DNA of 64,000 bases. Origin: Octopus sinensis (lineage: Eukaryota). How positions within the stretch are numbered: the stretch's first letter is position 1; each line of letters starts with the position of its first letter. A model generated the notes under the pieces. The model made no database searches, had not been told where the DNA came from, and was given only the letters and a program-made list of their open reading frames with translations. Below, one piece after another: positions 26,155 to 38,329 of the stretch. A program made the position numbers and the translations under genes. The stretch covers positions 10,354,001-10,418,000 of the forward strand of contig NC_043017.1 in assembly GCF_006345805.1 (NCBI RefSeq). The letters run 5' to 3'.

Positions 26155-26860
26155 CATACGTACGTACGTACATACATACATACATATATTTATTTATTTA
26201 TTCGTAAATAGTAAGGGACAATGCCAAACGTTTACCGGTTTGCTCTCAGTTAGGTCTTAAAAATAGGTTGTCCAACAAAATTTTCACAAGAATTTAGAGT
26301 CATATTCTATTGGATAATTCTGAATATATTACCTTAACCGTACATATAAAAAGAATTAATGGTAATGTTATGCCCCTTCATAATAATATTTGTTATTGTT
26401 GATATACATGCTGCTGTCATGTGGACCCGCAGCCAGTTTCCCTTTCACTTTCTTTCTTACACTGGTCCCAAGATGACCAGTCGCAAATTCCCTGTCTCTC
26501 CATCCTTTAGGCCATTTTAAGCGTTACCCAATATTCGCGTCTTCTTGGCCCTGAGGCTATATTTTGCTCCACTGTCCATCCTTGTCCAACCATCCTAAAT
26601 CACACTCTCTGTCGTTGTGCTTTGTTTCGTTTTCTTTTCTTTGCTCTCAACCCTGAATTCTTCACAAAAGCAATTTGTTTGCAGACACCACCAATTGCGA
26701 AGCTCTCAGTCTTATCATTAAAGGTACAAAACTGAGTATTACAAATTGGCTGATAACTGGTGAAGAATTAGGAACATTTTGTGTTTGTCTCCCGTCTGGC
26801 TTTACACTCAGCATACGCTATGTTGTTTGTTTATTTACCATACATTTTTCATTTATTATA

Positions 26861-26896
<36 letters not shown>

Positions 26897-27000
26897 TGTG
26901 TATATATATATAAGTGTATGTATGTATGTGTATATATATATGTGTATGTATGTATGTGTATATATATATATATATATGTGTAAGTATGTATGTATGTATG

Positions 27001-27051
<51 letters not shown>

Positions 27052-27054
<3 letters not shown>

Positions 27055-27367
27055 TTTAACAATTAAGGATAATCTCTTAATAAGGGATCTTAACAAGAAA
27101 TTATCGGGTAGCTAGCGTGAAAACCTCATAAAAGAAAAGAATTCGAAAATAATTTTTTTCTTTTGAACAAATTAATTATATCTATATTGTATAGAGGGCA
27201 TTATTACACATAAATGCCTCACACTAAGAGGGACAAAGTCATTACTACCAAAATTATACTAATCATACCCAAATGCAGTTTTTCAAAGCAAGACATTTAA
27301 AAAATGAATTTAGTTCTGTATCACCGTGATTTCACATTCAACTTACGTCTAATGATCATCAGCAGAA

Positions 27368-27370
<3 letters not shown>
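27052..27370 (-). mobile_element. ~320-bp (TA)n-flanked unit starting with a hammerhead (Penelope pseudo-LTR or retrozyme-like)
   Basis: Bounded on both sides by (TA)n; hammerhead at its 5' end on the minus strand. Confidence 0.65.
27312..27369 (-). ncRNA. Type I hammerhead ribozyme motif with intact core
   Basis: AGTTCTG CTGATGA t-catt-agacgtaagttg-aatg-t GAA ATCA-cgg-TGAT A^ CAGAACT: 7-bp stem I, 4-bp stem II, near-palindromic stem III, AUA triplet. Confidence 0.85.
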
Positions 27371-27401
<31 letters not shown>

Positions 27402-27640
27402 CAATGATTGAATTCAGAGTAGATAAAGCTATAAATAATAGCATTAGGGCTAAAAAAAAAAAACCTTTAGATAGAAAAAGGCAAAGGCTCGTATTTACTA
27501 ATTCCTTATGGCGTAAACCACACACACACACATTATATGTAAATATATATCATACACAGAAAGACTTTATTCAGAGAAACACAACAGTATTCGGATATGT
27601 TCTATTGACTGAAAATAACTACTCTCTCTCTCTCTTGCTG

Positions 27641-27689
<49 letters not shown>

Positions 27690-27744
27690 CAGAATGAGAT
27701 AAAAATCCAAGGCTGTGAAAGATTTCAGAACATTTATAAAGAGA

Positions 27745-27798
27745 CGGACTTATAGCTGTTCCCGGGATATTTTATATATACCTTCATTGGAGACAGTG
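27745..27798 (-). ncRNA. Decayed hammerhead-like motif
   Basis: gtct CCAATGA agg...cg GGAAC agctat a agtc; core mutated. Confidence 0.4.
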
Positions 27799-28148
27799 TA
27801 AGAAGATGGTTAAGCAATAGTAATTCTAGAGAAGATATGAAATAGAGAGTGAAGTGGAGGAATGAAAACAGACATGAGATATGCAGGGAGATATATATAT
27901 ATATATATACACATGTGTGTGTGTGTATGTGTGTAGTTCAAATTTATAGAAAACAAATGAAGACAGGTGAGGGAACAGAAAATAGGTGTATTAGTTTCAT
28001 GCTCTGGTAGAATGGAAAAGTCTTTGATGTTTTGAGCTGACACTCTCTGGCGGAAAGGGTTGAGAGGTAAAAAAAAAAATGGAAAGAGAACGTAAAAAAA
28101 AAGAGAAAAAAGTGTGCAAGGATTAATATTTCACCATATATTATATAT

Positions 28149-28198
<50 letters not shown>

Positions 28199-28404
28199 TC
28201 AATATGTAAATTGATTGATTCATTCATTGATAGGTATATAATGAAAGACAGACATATATATATATATATATAGGTGTGTTTATGTTTTTACTTGTCTAGA
28301 AATTGATAAGTGTGTGTGTGTGTATACATACATATAGACACACATACACACACACATACATATAGGTGTGTTATATTTATACCTGTCTAGAAATTAATCC
28401 ATTT

Positions 28405-28456
<52 letters not shown>

Positions 28457-29512
28457 AATTAGATAGGGGGGTATTATCTGATGGTTGATGATTGATTTAG
28501 GTATATTTCTCCATTTTCTCATTTTGTTTGTATGATGTATGTATGTATGTATGTATGTATGTATGTATGTATGTATGTATGTATGATGTATGATGTATGA
28601 TGTATGATGTATGTATGTATGTATGTATGTATGTATGTATGTATGTATGTATGTGTATGTATGTATGTATTGATTGATTGATTAAATGATTCCTTGATTG
28701 ATAGATTGGGGTGTGATAGGCAACCAGATTATATATACATGTATATATACACTCACATAAAGAAATAAGAACACAGAAATACAGCAAAAACTGAACAAAA
28801 ATGACACATGTTTCATAAATATGTATACACAAATATATATATACATACATAGTCATACACATATGTACAAACGAACAAAGATATATATATATATACAACC
28901 TTTAAACTTTATAAAGTTTGCAAAATACAATAAATACCCCAAAAATACGCAGATAAAGTTACTTCGTATATTCACAATAGTTCGTAAAATGTCTGTCCTC
29001 TTCTTAATCCCTACAACGGTTTTATGTATATATATATATGTGTGTGTACGTGTATATATTATATATGTATATATATATCATTTATATAACTGCGGTTATA
29101 GATTAAGAAGTGAGAAACAAGAGCTTTGTGGATTGGAGACCAAAATAGACAAGATCTCTCTGTCTCTCTCACACGGCTCTAAGTGTGAACTGGACTGAAC
29201 AGGTTTTTTTCTCATCACACACATACATACACACCTTGAGTTCAGTTCTTGGTGAGCCCATGGTGGCCTTACATACACTAAAGGTACGTCAGCTTGTATG
29301 GACAGGAAGAGAGAGAACTACTGTTAAGGAATTTCCTCTCTTCTTCCTCACCCTCCTCCCCTCACACTTTCTTTTTTTCTTTTTTACTTTATCTTTTAGT
29401 TTGTATGTTTCTTTCTTTTCATTTTGTTTCTGTTTCATTCAAGTTTTCTTGTGCTTTTTAATTATTATTAATTAAGAAGTGAGAAACAGAGCTTTGTGGA
29501 TTGGAGACCAAA

Positions 29513-29830
29513 AAAAGCACCATCCGAACGTGGCCGATGCCAGCGCCGCCTTGGCTGGCTTCCGTGCCGGTGGCACATTAAAAGCACCAACCGATCGTGG
29601 CCGATGCCAGACCCCCCCCTGGCACCTATGCAGGTGGCACGTAAAAAGCACCCACTACACTCGCGGAGTGGTTGGCGTTAGAAAGGGCATCCAGCTGTAG
29701 AAACACTGCCTGATCAGACTGGAGCCTGGTGCAGCCCCTGGCTTCCCAGACCCCGGTCGAACCATCCAACCCATGCTAGCACGGAAAACGGACGTTAAAC
29801 GGACGTTAAACAATGATGATGATGATGATT
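29513..29830 (+). mobile_element. Family C (RTE 3' UTR) insertion with three internal aaaagcacc repeat units
   Basis: Direct match to the other family C copies; (gat)n tail. Confidence 0.93.
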
Positions 29831-30361
29831 ATTATTAATATAATTATTTTTAAAAGACAGGTTCCTGAAACTAATGCCAATGATCCAAGTTCTCACAAAG
29901 GTTGAGTGAATGAGAAATACCAAATCCTCCTGGATGGGAAGCTAAACAGTCAGAGGATTAATCCACACAAACACAACGAAAGACACCTTTTTGCTAAATT
30001 ACCCCCAAATTGATAACGCTCTGTAAAGGTGTTGGCAGCAGGAAGGACATCCAGTTGTAGAAACCAGGGTTGTGGAGTTAGATTTGGAGAGTCAGAAACA
30101 ATTAAGGAGGGATTCGGAGTTGGTAAAATAGACCACAACCACATAGAGGATTTGGAGTCAAAGATTAGAGAAGTTGGAGTCAAATATTAGAGATATTGGA
30201 GTCAAAGTCTTTTTGTTTTGATTCCACAGAGCTGGTAGAAACCATGCCAAAGAGGACACTGGAGCACGATGCAGTCTTTGAACTCATTGGATCTTGTTGA
30301 ACCATCCAGTTCATACCAGCATAAAAAAGGATGCATTACAAACTATGCTGATGGTGATGAT

Positions 30362-30665
30362 CAGTGCCAGTGGTATGTAAGAGAACCATCCGAATGTGGC
30401 CGTTGCCAGAGCCACCGCGACTGGCCTCGTGCCGGTGGCACGTAAAAAGCACCATCCGATCGTGGCCGTTTGCCAGCCTCGCCTGGCATGTAAAAAGCAC
30501 CCACTACACTCACGGAGTGGTTGGCGTTAGGAAGGGCATCCAGCCGTAGAAACACTGCCAGATCAGACTGGAGCCTGGTGCAGCCCCTGGCTTCCCAGAC
30601 CCCGGTCGAACCGTCCAACCCATGCTAGCACGGAAAACGGACACTAAACAAAGATGATGATGATG
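30362..30665 (+). mobile_element. Family C (RTE 3' UTR) copy
   Basis: As above. Confidence 0.92.
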
Positions 30666-30877
30666 ACACACGCATACACATGTTTTTTAATGCATTTTAC
30701 ATAAAGACATGTTTCTCAGTGAAGAACTTCAATAACCCCCATGACCGTTGATAACATCATGTCATAAACTGAGATCTGATGAAACTTACATAAAATTTCA
30801 ATTTATATTCCAAGGTGGATTAGGGACACAGCTTGAAAAGCAAGGCAACTTATTGTAAATCTAAAAATATAAATTTA

Positions 30878-31080
30878 TCTAATTCTGTTTTTGTACTTGT
30901 GGATCTTGAAGCACACATAGATCTGTAAATAACACCATGTGACTGTTGGGTTAAAAATGTTCTTGAACAGAAAAAACTGAAGGTTATTCAAAAGGGTTTA
31001 TCAACCAAATAGTTATATGCTATTATTTATAGCTTTATGTGAGTGCTTCGAGATCCATTGTTCCAAAACAAAATTATTTC
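30878..31080. mobile_element. Palindromic MITE-like element; related copy at 62233-62460, fragment near 52020-52070
   Basis: Arms ggatcttgaagcacacatagatctgtaaata / tatttatagctttatgtgagtgcttcgagatcc; shared gatccaytgttccaaaaca...caaaagtttat segment. Confidence 0.72.
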
Positions 31081-31169
31081 ACATTTTCTCAAAAGTTTAT
31101 AAATACTTACAATGTCAATATATTTATATTTCTTTCCGTTTTTTTATTTTTTATAATAGTTCATTTACT

Positions 31170-31520
31170 TTCCTTTAGCCACATTAGACTACAGCCAAGC
31201 TGGAGCACACCAAAAATTTCAGTCAAATGAATTGACCCTAGTACACTTAATTTTTTGCTTTAAGCCTGGTACCAGTTCTATCGGTCTGTTTTGCCAGGGA
31301 CATAATCAAACCAACACTGGTTGTCAAGTGGTAACAAGACACACACACACACATATGAATAGAGCTTCTTTCAGTTTCTGTGTACCAAATTCACTCACAA
31401 GGCCCTGGTTAGCTGATGGCTATAGTAGAAGACACTGACCCAAGGTGCCATGTAGTGGAATTGAACCAGAACCATGTGGTTGGGAAGCAAACTTCTTACC
31501 ACACAGCTATGTCTGTGCCA
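31170..31520 (-). mobile_element. Family A SINE, diverged
   Basis: Colinear with the consensus seen in the other copies. Confidence 0.85.
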
Positions 31521-31584
31521 TTATATATGACATCCACAGTGAAAATATACAGTAAAAATGTTTCTCTGTAGAGTTTTAATCCTC

Positions 31585-31945
31585 AGTTTCACTAAACTGT
31601 GTGGCACCTTGGGCAAATGTCTTCTACTATAGCCTCAGGCTGACCAAAACCTTGAGTGGATTTGGTAGATGGAAACTGAAAGAAACCTGCCATATAATGC
31701 ATGTGTGTGTGTGTGTGTGTGTGTGTATTTTTGTGTCTGTGTTTGTCCCCCCATTACTGCTTGACAACTAGTGTTGGTGTGTTTACGTCTCTGTAACTTA
31801 GCGGTTCAGAAGGAAAGAGACTCATACAAAAAGTACCAGGCCTTAAAGAAAAAAATAAGTCCTGGGGTCAATTTGTTCGACTGAAACCCTTCAGGGCAGT
31901 GCTCCAGCATGGCCACAGTCAAATGACGGAAACAAGTAAAAAAAA
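31585..31945 (+). mobile_element. Family A SINE lacking its head; inverted relative to the previous copy
   Basis: gtggcaccttgggcaaatgtcttc...ggaaacaagtaaaaaaaga. Confidence 0.88.
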
Positions 31946-32349
31946 GATGTGGAACTTGGAAGAAGTTTCTGGGGGTCACACTTGAGAAATGCTAGTCATT
32001 GCAGGATTCAGACACATGAGGCTGCTTCAGTGCCCCCCCCCCCACCACTGCCCAACTACCCCCTACCAATAGATATGCACCCTGCAAACATGTAACTGAT
32101 CAGGACAATGATGATGATGATGGTTTCATGTTTGTGTATCTATTATCCTGTACTTGTTTCAGTCACTGGACTGCGGCCAGACTGGAGCACCAGACTTGAA
32201 GAGTTCAACCAAACATATCGATGCCAATACTTCATTTTCTTTTCATCTCACCTTATTTATCAGTTTCGTTTACTGAACCAACACCTGTCATCAGGCAGTG
32301 ACAGAGGAACAAACATAACCACACACACACACACACATTCACGCACGCA

Positions 32350-33190
32350 CGTGCACACACACACACACACACACAGAGGTTTCCGCACAGTTTCAGTCTA
32401 CCGAATCCACCGACAAGGCATTGGTCAGCCTGGAACTGTAGTAGAAGTCACAGGCCCAAGGTGCTATGCAGTGAGACTGAACCCAGAACCATGTGGTTTA
32501 AGGACCAAACTTCTTAACCCCAGCAATCATACCGTTGTGTGTGCCTATGTCTGAAGGCAGACGTATGTCCATGAATACAGATAACCACCGTTCAATAGAG
32601 TTGCTCTTGAATGAACCACATCACAAACAAACAGAAAAACATCATGCATCAACTAACGAAGCCTGAACATAATTATAGATTTCAAAAACTTCAAAGTTTA
32701 CTTTAGACTCTCTGCTAACAATAAATATTTGTTTTATATATACACACACACATACAGACAGATGTACACCACACACACACACACACCACACACAGAGGTT
32801 TCCGCACAGTTTCAGTCTACCGAATCCACCGACAAGGCATTGGTCAGCCTGGAACTGTAGTAGAAGTCACAGGCCCAAGGTGCTATGCAGTGAGACTGAA
32901 CCCAGAACCATGTGGTTTAAGGACCAAACTTCTTAACCCCAGCAATCATACCGTTGTGTGTGCCTATGTCTGAAGGCAGACGTATGTCCATGAATACAGA
33001 TAACCACCGTTCAATAGAGTTGCTCTTGAATGAACCACATCACAAACAAACAGAAAAACATCATGCATCAACTAACGAAGCCTGAACATAATTATAGATT
33101 TCAAAAACTTCAAAGTTTACTTTAGACTCTCTGCTAACAATAAATATTTGTTTTATATATACACACACACATACAGACAGATGTACACAC
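32350..33190. repeat. 419-bp near-identical tandem duplication containing a family A 5' half
   Basis: 32581 region equals 33000 region; boundaries lie in (CA)n. Confidence 0.93.
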
Positions 33191-33264
33191 ACACACACAC
33201 ACACACACATACATATAGATATATATATACACACACACACACATACATATAGATATATATAGAC

Positions 33265-33297
<33 letters not shown>

Positions 33298-33647
33298 CAC
33301 ACACACAAACATATAGACAGATGTATACAGACACACAGACATGTATACACACATATATGGATGTACATACACACATACAGACATGTATACACACACACAT
33401 ATGGATATACATACACACATACATATAGATATATATACACATACACACATACAGACAGATGTATACACACACACACATTATATAAAATCCATAATCGTTC
33501 ATCCATCAAAATATATTTTATCAGACTAATGACTAAATATTTTATTCACTCTTAACAATTATCTTCTGAGTTCTATATTCTAAGTGACCAAGTGACAGAC
33601 AGATAGATAGATGGGACGTATTTGACTTGTAGAAAGGCCATATTCAA

Positions 33648-33908
33648 TGCTGTTTGCCACTGAGAAAAATTCTTACTTTAGGCAATAAGTATTTTGATAA
33701 GGATCTACTATGAGGAAGCAAAGGTTTCTGAAGTCATCATTTCAGGATACTCTCTCTCTCTCTCTCTTTTGCCATATGTGGGGCTGATGATAGCCAAGAA
33801 GCTAGAAATGCATTTATTGATTCACCAGAGGGCACCTTGAAATGGCTGTTGGTGTCTTTGTTGACACTTATTGCCTGAAGCGAGAACTCTTCTTAACAGC
33901 AAACAGCA
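33648..33908. repeat. Old foldback element with ~45-55-bp gapless arms
   Basis: tgctgtttgccactgagaaaaattcttactttaggcaataagt pairs with acttattgcctgaagcgagaactcttcttaacagcaaacagca (coordinate sum 67556). Confidence 0.85.
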
Positions 33909-34029
33909 ATAAGAACCCTTTGTACAGAGGGTTACATATGTCCAAAATGTATTGGAACTGATCTAAATGTTTATTTGTGCATGTGTGTGTGTGTGTGAGT
34001 GAAAACAAATGGTTTAGAGGTTGGAGTAT

Positions 34030-34325
34030 TGGTTTAGAGGTTGGGGTATTCAGCTCCCAATCGTAAGGTTATGAGTTCAATTCAGTATGTTGTCCTTGAG
34101 CAAGATACTTTACTTTCATGTTGCTCCGGTCCACAACAGTTGGCAAAAATTAGTTGTACCTGTAATTGAAAAGGGGACAGCCTTGTCACATTCTGTGTAA
34201 TGCTGAATCTCCCTGAGAACTGAGAACTACGTTAAGGGTACCATGTGTCTGTGGAGTGCTCAGCCATTTGCACGTTAATTTCACGAGCAGGCTGTTCCGT
34301 TGATCTGATCAACTGGAACAATCAT
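34030..34325 (+). mobile_element. Family D SINE
   Basis: Colinear with 15482-15740. Confidence 0.82.
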
Positions 34326-34559
34326 CGAAGCTGTTTTATTTATATATATATGTATATATGTTGTTTTTTGAAGAATAAAAACCCCCCATATACCTGCATG
34401 CTGAAAGGGGAGACTAAAAAGATTGGGAGCAGGAAGCATATCCAATTATAAAAAAAACTACCTTAGCAAACTCATCCAACTAATGCCAGCATGGAAAAGC
34501 AAACATATGATGATGATGATGATGATAATGATGGTGGTGGTGGTGATATATTAATATAT

Positions 34560-34693
34560 CTTTGCCTTTCATCCTTTCGGGGTCGATAAATTAAGTACCA
34601 GTTACGCACTGGAGGTCGTTGTAATCGACTTAATCCCTTTGTCTGTCCTTGTTTGTCCCCTCTATGTTTAGCCCCTTGTGGGCAATAAAGAAA
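34560..34693 (+). mobile_element. 5'-truncated family B SINE
   Basis: tttgcctttcatcctttcggggtcg...gtgggcaataaagaaata. Confidence 0.9.
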
Positions 34694-34884
34694 TAGATAT
34701 ATTAATATATATTTGTTAAAAATGTATGGAGTTTTGTTTTGATTTTTTGGCAGTGAAAAAAAAACATGTCTCAATTCAAGAGAAGCAGTAGTCTTGGAGG
34801 CTCTGAAAAATGTTCCTGGGTAGATCCTTGCTAACCAACTAAAATATAAAAAAATAAAACAAATTGCTTGTACACATATATGTG

Positions 34885-35576
34885 TATATATTATGTATAT
34901 ATTTTTGAGTGTGTGCCTGTGAGTGAGAGAGAGAAAGAGAGACACAGTGTATGTGTGTGTGTATATATATATCTGCACACATGTATATATACTTTATTTA
35001 AAGCAGCAGAAAATTCAACAAAACCTGTTACTCTGAGTTTCCCGTTGCCGTTCATCGGACAGTTTTTGCTATATATACATGTATATATGTATATATATAT
35101 ATATTGAGAGTGTATGTGTGAGTGAGAGAGAGAAAGAGAGACACAGTGTATGTGTGTGTGTATATATATATCTGCACACATGTATATATACTTTATTTAA
35201 AGCAGTAGAAAATTCAACAAAACCTGTTACTCTGAGTTTCCCGTTGCCGTTCATCGGACAGTTTTTGCTATATATACATGTATATATGTATATATATATA
35301 TATTGAGAGTGTATGTGTGAGTGAGAGAGAGAAAGAGAGACACAGTGTATGTGTGTGTGTATATATATCTGCACACATGTATATATACTTTATTTAAAGC
35401 AGTAGAAAATTCAACAAAACCTGTTACTCTGAGTTTCCCGTTGCCGTTCATCGGACAGTTTTTGCTATATATACATGTATATATGTATATATATATATAT
35501 TGAGAGTGTATGTGTGAGTGAGAGAGAGAAAGAGAGACACAGTGTATGTGTGTGTTGTGTATATATATCTGCACAC

Positions 35577-35630
<54 letters not shown>

Positions 35631-35697
35631 AAAGTGTGTGTGTGAGTGAGAGAGAGAGAGACACAGTGTATGTGTGTGTGTATATATATCTGCACAC

Positions 35698-35745
<48 letters not shown>
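34885..35745 (-). repeat. Tandem array of ~198-bp units; three carry a hammerhead-like core (35020-35066, 35219-35265, 35416-35462)
   Basis: Unique core at 34992, 35191, 35388; minus strand AAAACTGT CCGATGA a-cg-gcaa-cg-g GAA ACTC-a-GAGT A^ ACAG-g-TTTT. Confidence 0.8.
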
Positions 35746-35752
<7 letters not shown>

Positions 35753-36211
35753 TGGAGAGAATGACAAATAACAGACAGATACATAGATACGTCTGCCACC
35801 AAACATGCAAGTGACAGTACAGATGATGTCATGTCCTCCGCCACCACTCTCTCTCTCTCTCTTTCAACTGCTTCACCATCAATTAGCGGAATGTACTAGA
35901 ACACCGACCTGACGTACTCACTCTCTCTCTCTCTCTCTCTCACAACCAGGTATTAAATTACATCAGAGATGAACCATCAAGTTGTCAAGTATTGATCAAC
36001 CAGTGAATTCCTTGTTGTATTGACTGCAAATAAGCAGGAGCAGCAGGAGCAGCAGGAGCAGCAGCAGCACATGCAGTCTAGTGATGTGATGTGATGCGTG
36101 CATGTGTGTGTTACATGGATTGTGCATGTGGATATATATTAAACTGTACCTGTTAGCTTGTGTGTGTGTGCGTGTGTTAACAGGTTAATATGCATGTGAA
36201 TATGTGTATGA

Positions 36212-36235
<24 letters not shown>

Positions 36236-36247
<12 letters not shown>

Positions 36248-38168
36248 AGTGAGAACATTCATGTGACATAGGTTAATATGTGCATGCGTGTTTCTGTTGT
36301 GTCCCTAGCTGAATGCAAGCATGTGCAAAAATGTGCATTAGAGCACTTGTGTAAGCAAATTTATGCAAATGCTTTTGTGCGTCTGTGTATGCACATGTGT
36401 CGATGTATTAACCCTTTCGCACTCGGATCGCTCTGTCAAATATAATGCTTATTCATCCACGTTGTTCTAAATTAATCATGCATGATTGGTGTAGCTTGAA
36501 GATTTCAATGATGTGGTTGTTTATTTTTAGAATGACATTGTGGGGTAAGTGTGAGAGGCTGGATCTGGCCTGTTTGGACATAGGACAGGCATACTATTTT
36601 GGCCAGCATTCAAATTACTGTCAAATGTGTGATGCTTTTTTATTCATACTGTTTTAAATTAATCCTGTATCATCTCGTAGCTTCATGATTTTAATGATGC
36701 TGTTGTTTAAAATCACATTGTAGGGTAAGTGTGACAGACTGGATCTGGCCAGGCAGCGTATTTGAGCCAGACATCATTGGATTTAAGCCTTTAGCATTCA
36801 GATTTCTTTGTCAAAGGTAATGATTATTTAGTCACAATGTTTTGAATTAATCATGCATTGTCTCACAGCTCCAAGATTTCAATGATGTGACTGTTATTTT
36901 TAGAAGGACATTGAGGGGTAGGTGTGAGAGACTGGATCTGGCCAGCTTAAACATAAAACAGGCAGAATATTTTGCTATCTGTTAGGGTGAATGCTTACAT
37001 GTGTGTATGTGTGTTGGTACATTAGTATATGTACACTAGTGTGTGTCAATAGGCATGAGTTAACGTGTGTGTCTGTGTTAGAGCATGTATGTATGAATAT
37101 GTACATAACTGAATGTGGGCAGAAGTGGAAAAGTGCATAACATCATCTCTGCGTGTGTGTGTGAGGGTGCGGTTGAACATATGAGCTTGTGTGTGTGTGG
37201 TGTGTGTATGTGAGTGAGAACATTCATGTGACATAGGTTAATATGTGCATGCGTGTTTCTGTTGTGTCCCTAGCTGAATGCAAGCATGTGCAAAAATGTG
37301 CATTAGAGCACTTGTGTAAGCAATTTATGCAAATGCTTTTGTGCGTCTGTGTATGCACATGTGTCGATGTATTAACCCTTTCGCACTCGGATCGCTCTGT
37401 CAAATATAATGCTTATTCATCCACGTTGTTCTAAATTAATCATGCATGATTGGTGTAGCTTGAAGATTTCAATGATGTGGTTGTTTATTTTTAGAATGAC
37501 ATTGTGGGGTAAGTGTGAGAGGCTGGATCTGGCCTGTTTGGACATAGGACAGGCATACTATTTTGGCCAGCATTCAAATTACTGTCAAATGTGTGATGCT
37601 TTTTTATTCATACTGTTTTAAATTAATCCTGTATCATCTCGTAGCTTCATGATTTTAATGATGCTGTTGTTTAAAATCACATTGTAGGGTAAGTGTGACA
37701 GACTGGATCTGGCCAGGCAGCGTATTTGAGCCAGACATCATTGGATTTAAGCCTTTAGCATTCAGATTTCTTTGTCAAAGGTAATGATTATTTAGTCACA
37801 ATGTTTTGAATTAATCATGCATTGTCTCACAGCTCCAAGATTTCAAATGATGTGACTGTTTATTTTTAGAAGGACATTGAGGGGTAGGTGTGAGAGACTG
37901 GATCTGGCCAGCTTAAACATAAAACAGGCAGAATATTTTGCTATCTGTTAGGGTGAATGCTTACATGTGTGTATGTGTGTTGGTACATTAGTATATGTAC
38001 ACTAGTGTGTGTCAATAGGCATGAGTTAACGTGTGTGTCTGTGTTAGAGCATGTATGTATGAATATGTACATAACTGAATGTGGGCAGAAGTGGAAAAGT
38101 GCATAACATCATCTCTGCGTGTGTGTGTGAGGGTGCGGTTGAACATATGAGCTTGTGTGTGTGTGTGT
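36236..38168. repeat. ~964-bp near-identical tandem duplication, each unit holding three decayed TTAA-MITE copies
   Basis: Identical ORFs at 36445 and 37409; the differences I noted are single-base indels; units resemble the MITE at 55444. Confidence 0.93.
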
Positions 38169-38329
38169 ATGAGCATGTGTTTCTTAAATGTGAGTGGGTA
38201 CATTTGAGTGCATTAATAGGTTGATATACATATATGTGTATTTGTGTGAGTGTGTGTGTGTGTGCGAGAGAGAGAGAGGGGGGAGAGAGTGTGTGTACAA
38301 GGTGCATTCAATAAGTACTTGACTTTAAA

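Noticed and set aside
26230-26275. ctgagag...aaacgttt possible decayed hammerhead (minus strand)
   Set aside because: Too degraded to fold convincingly.
26445-26512. Minus-strand peptide MERQGICDWSSWDQC resembling a TSP1 WSSW..C motif
   Set aside because: In-frame stop immediately upstream, very short, and remaining TSP1 cysteines/arginines absent.
33784-33820. CTGATGA-tagc-caagaa-gcta-GAAATGCAT hammerhead-like string
   Set aside because: No stem I pairing between the flanks.
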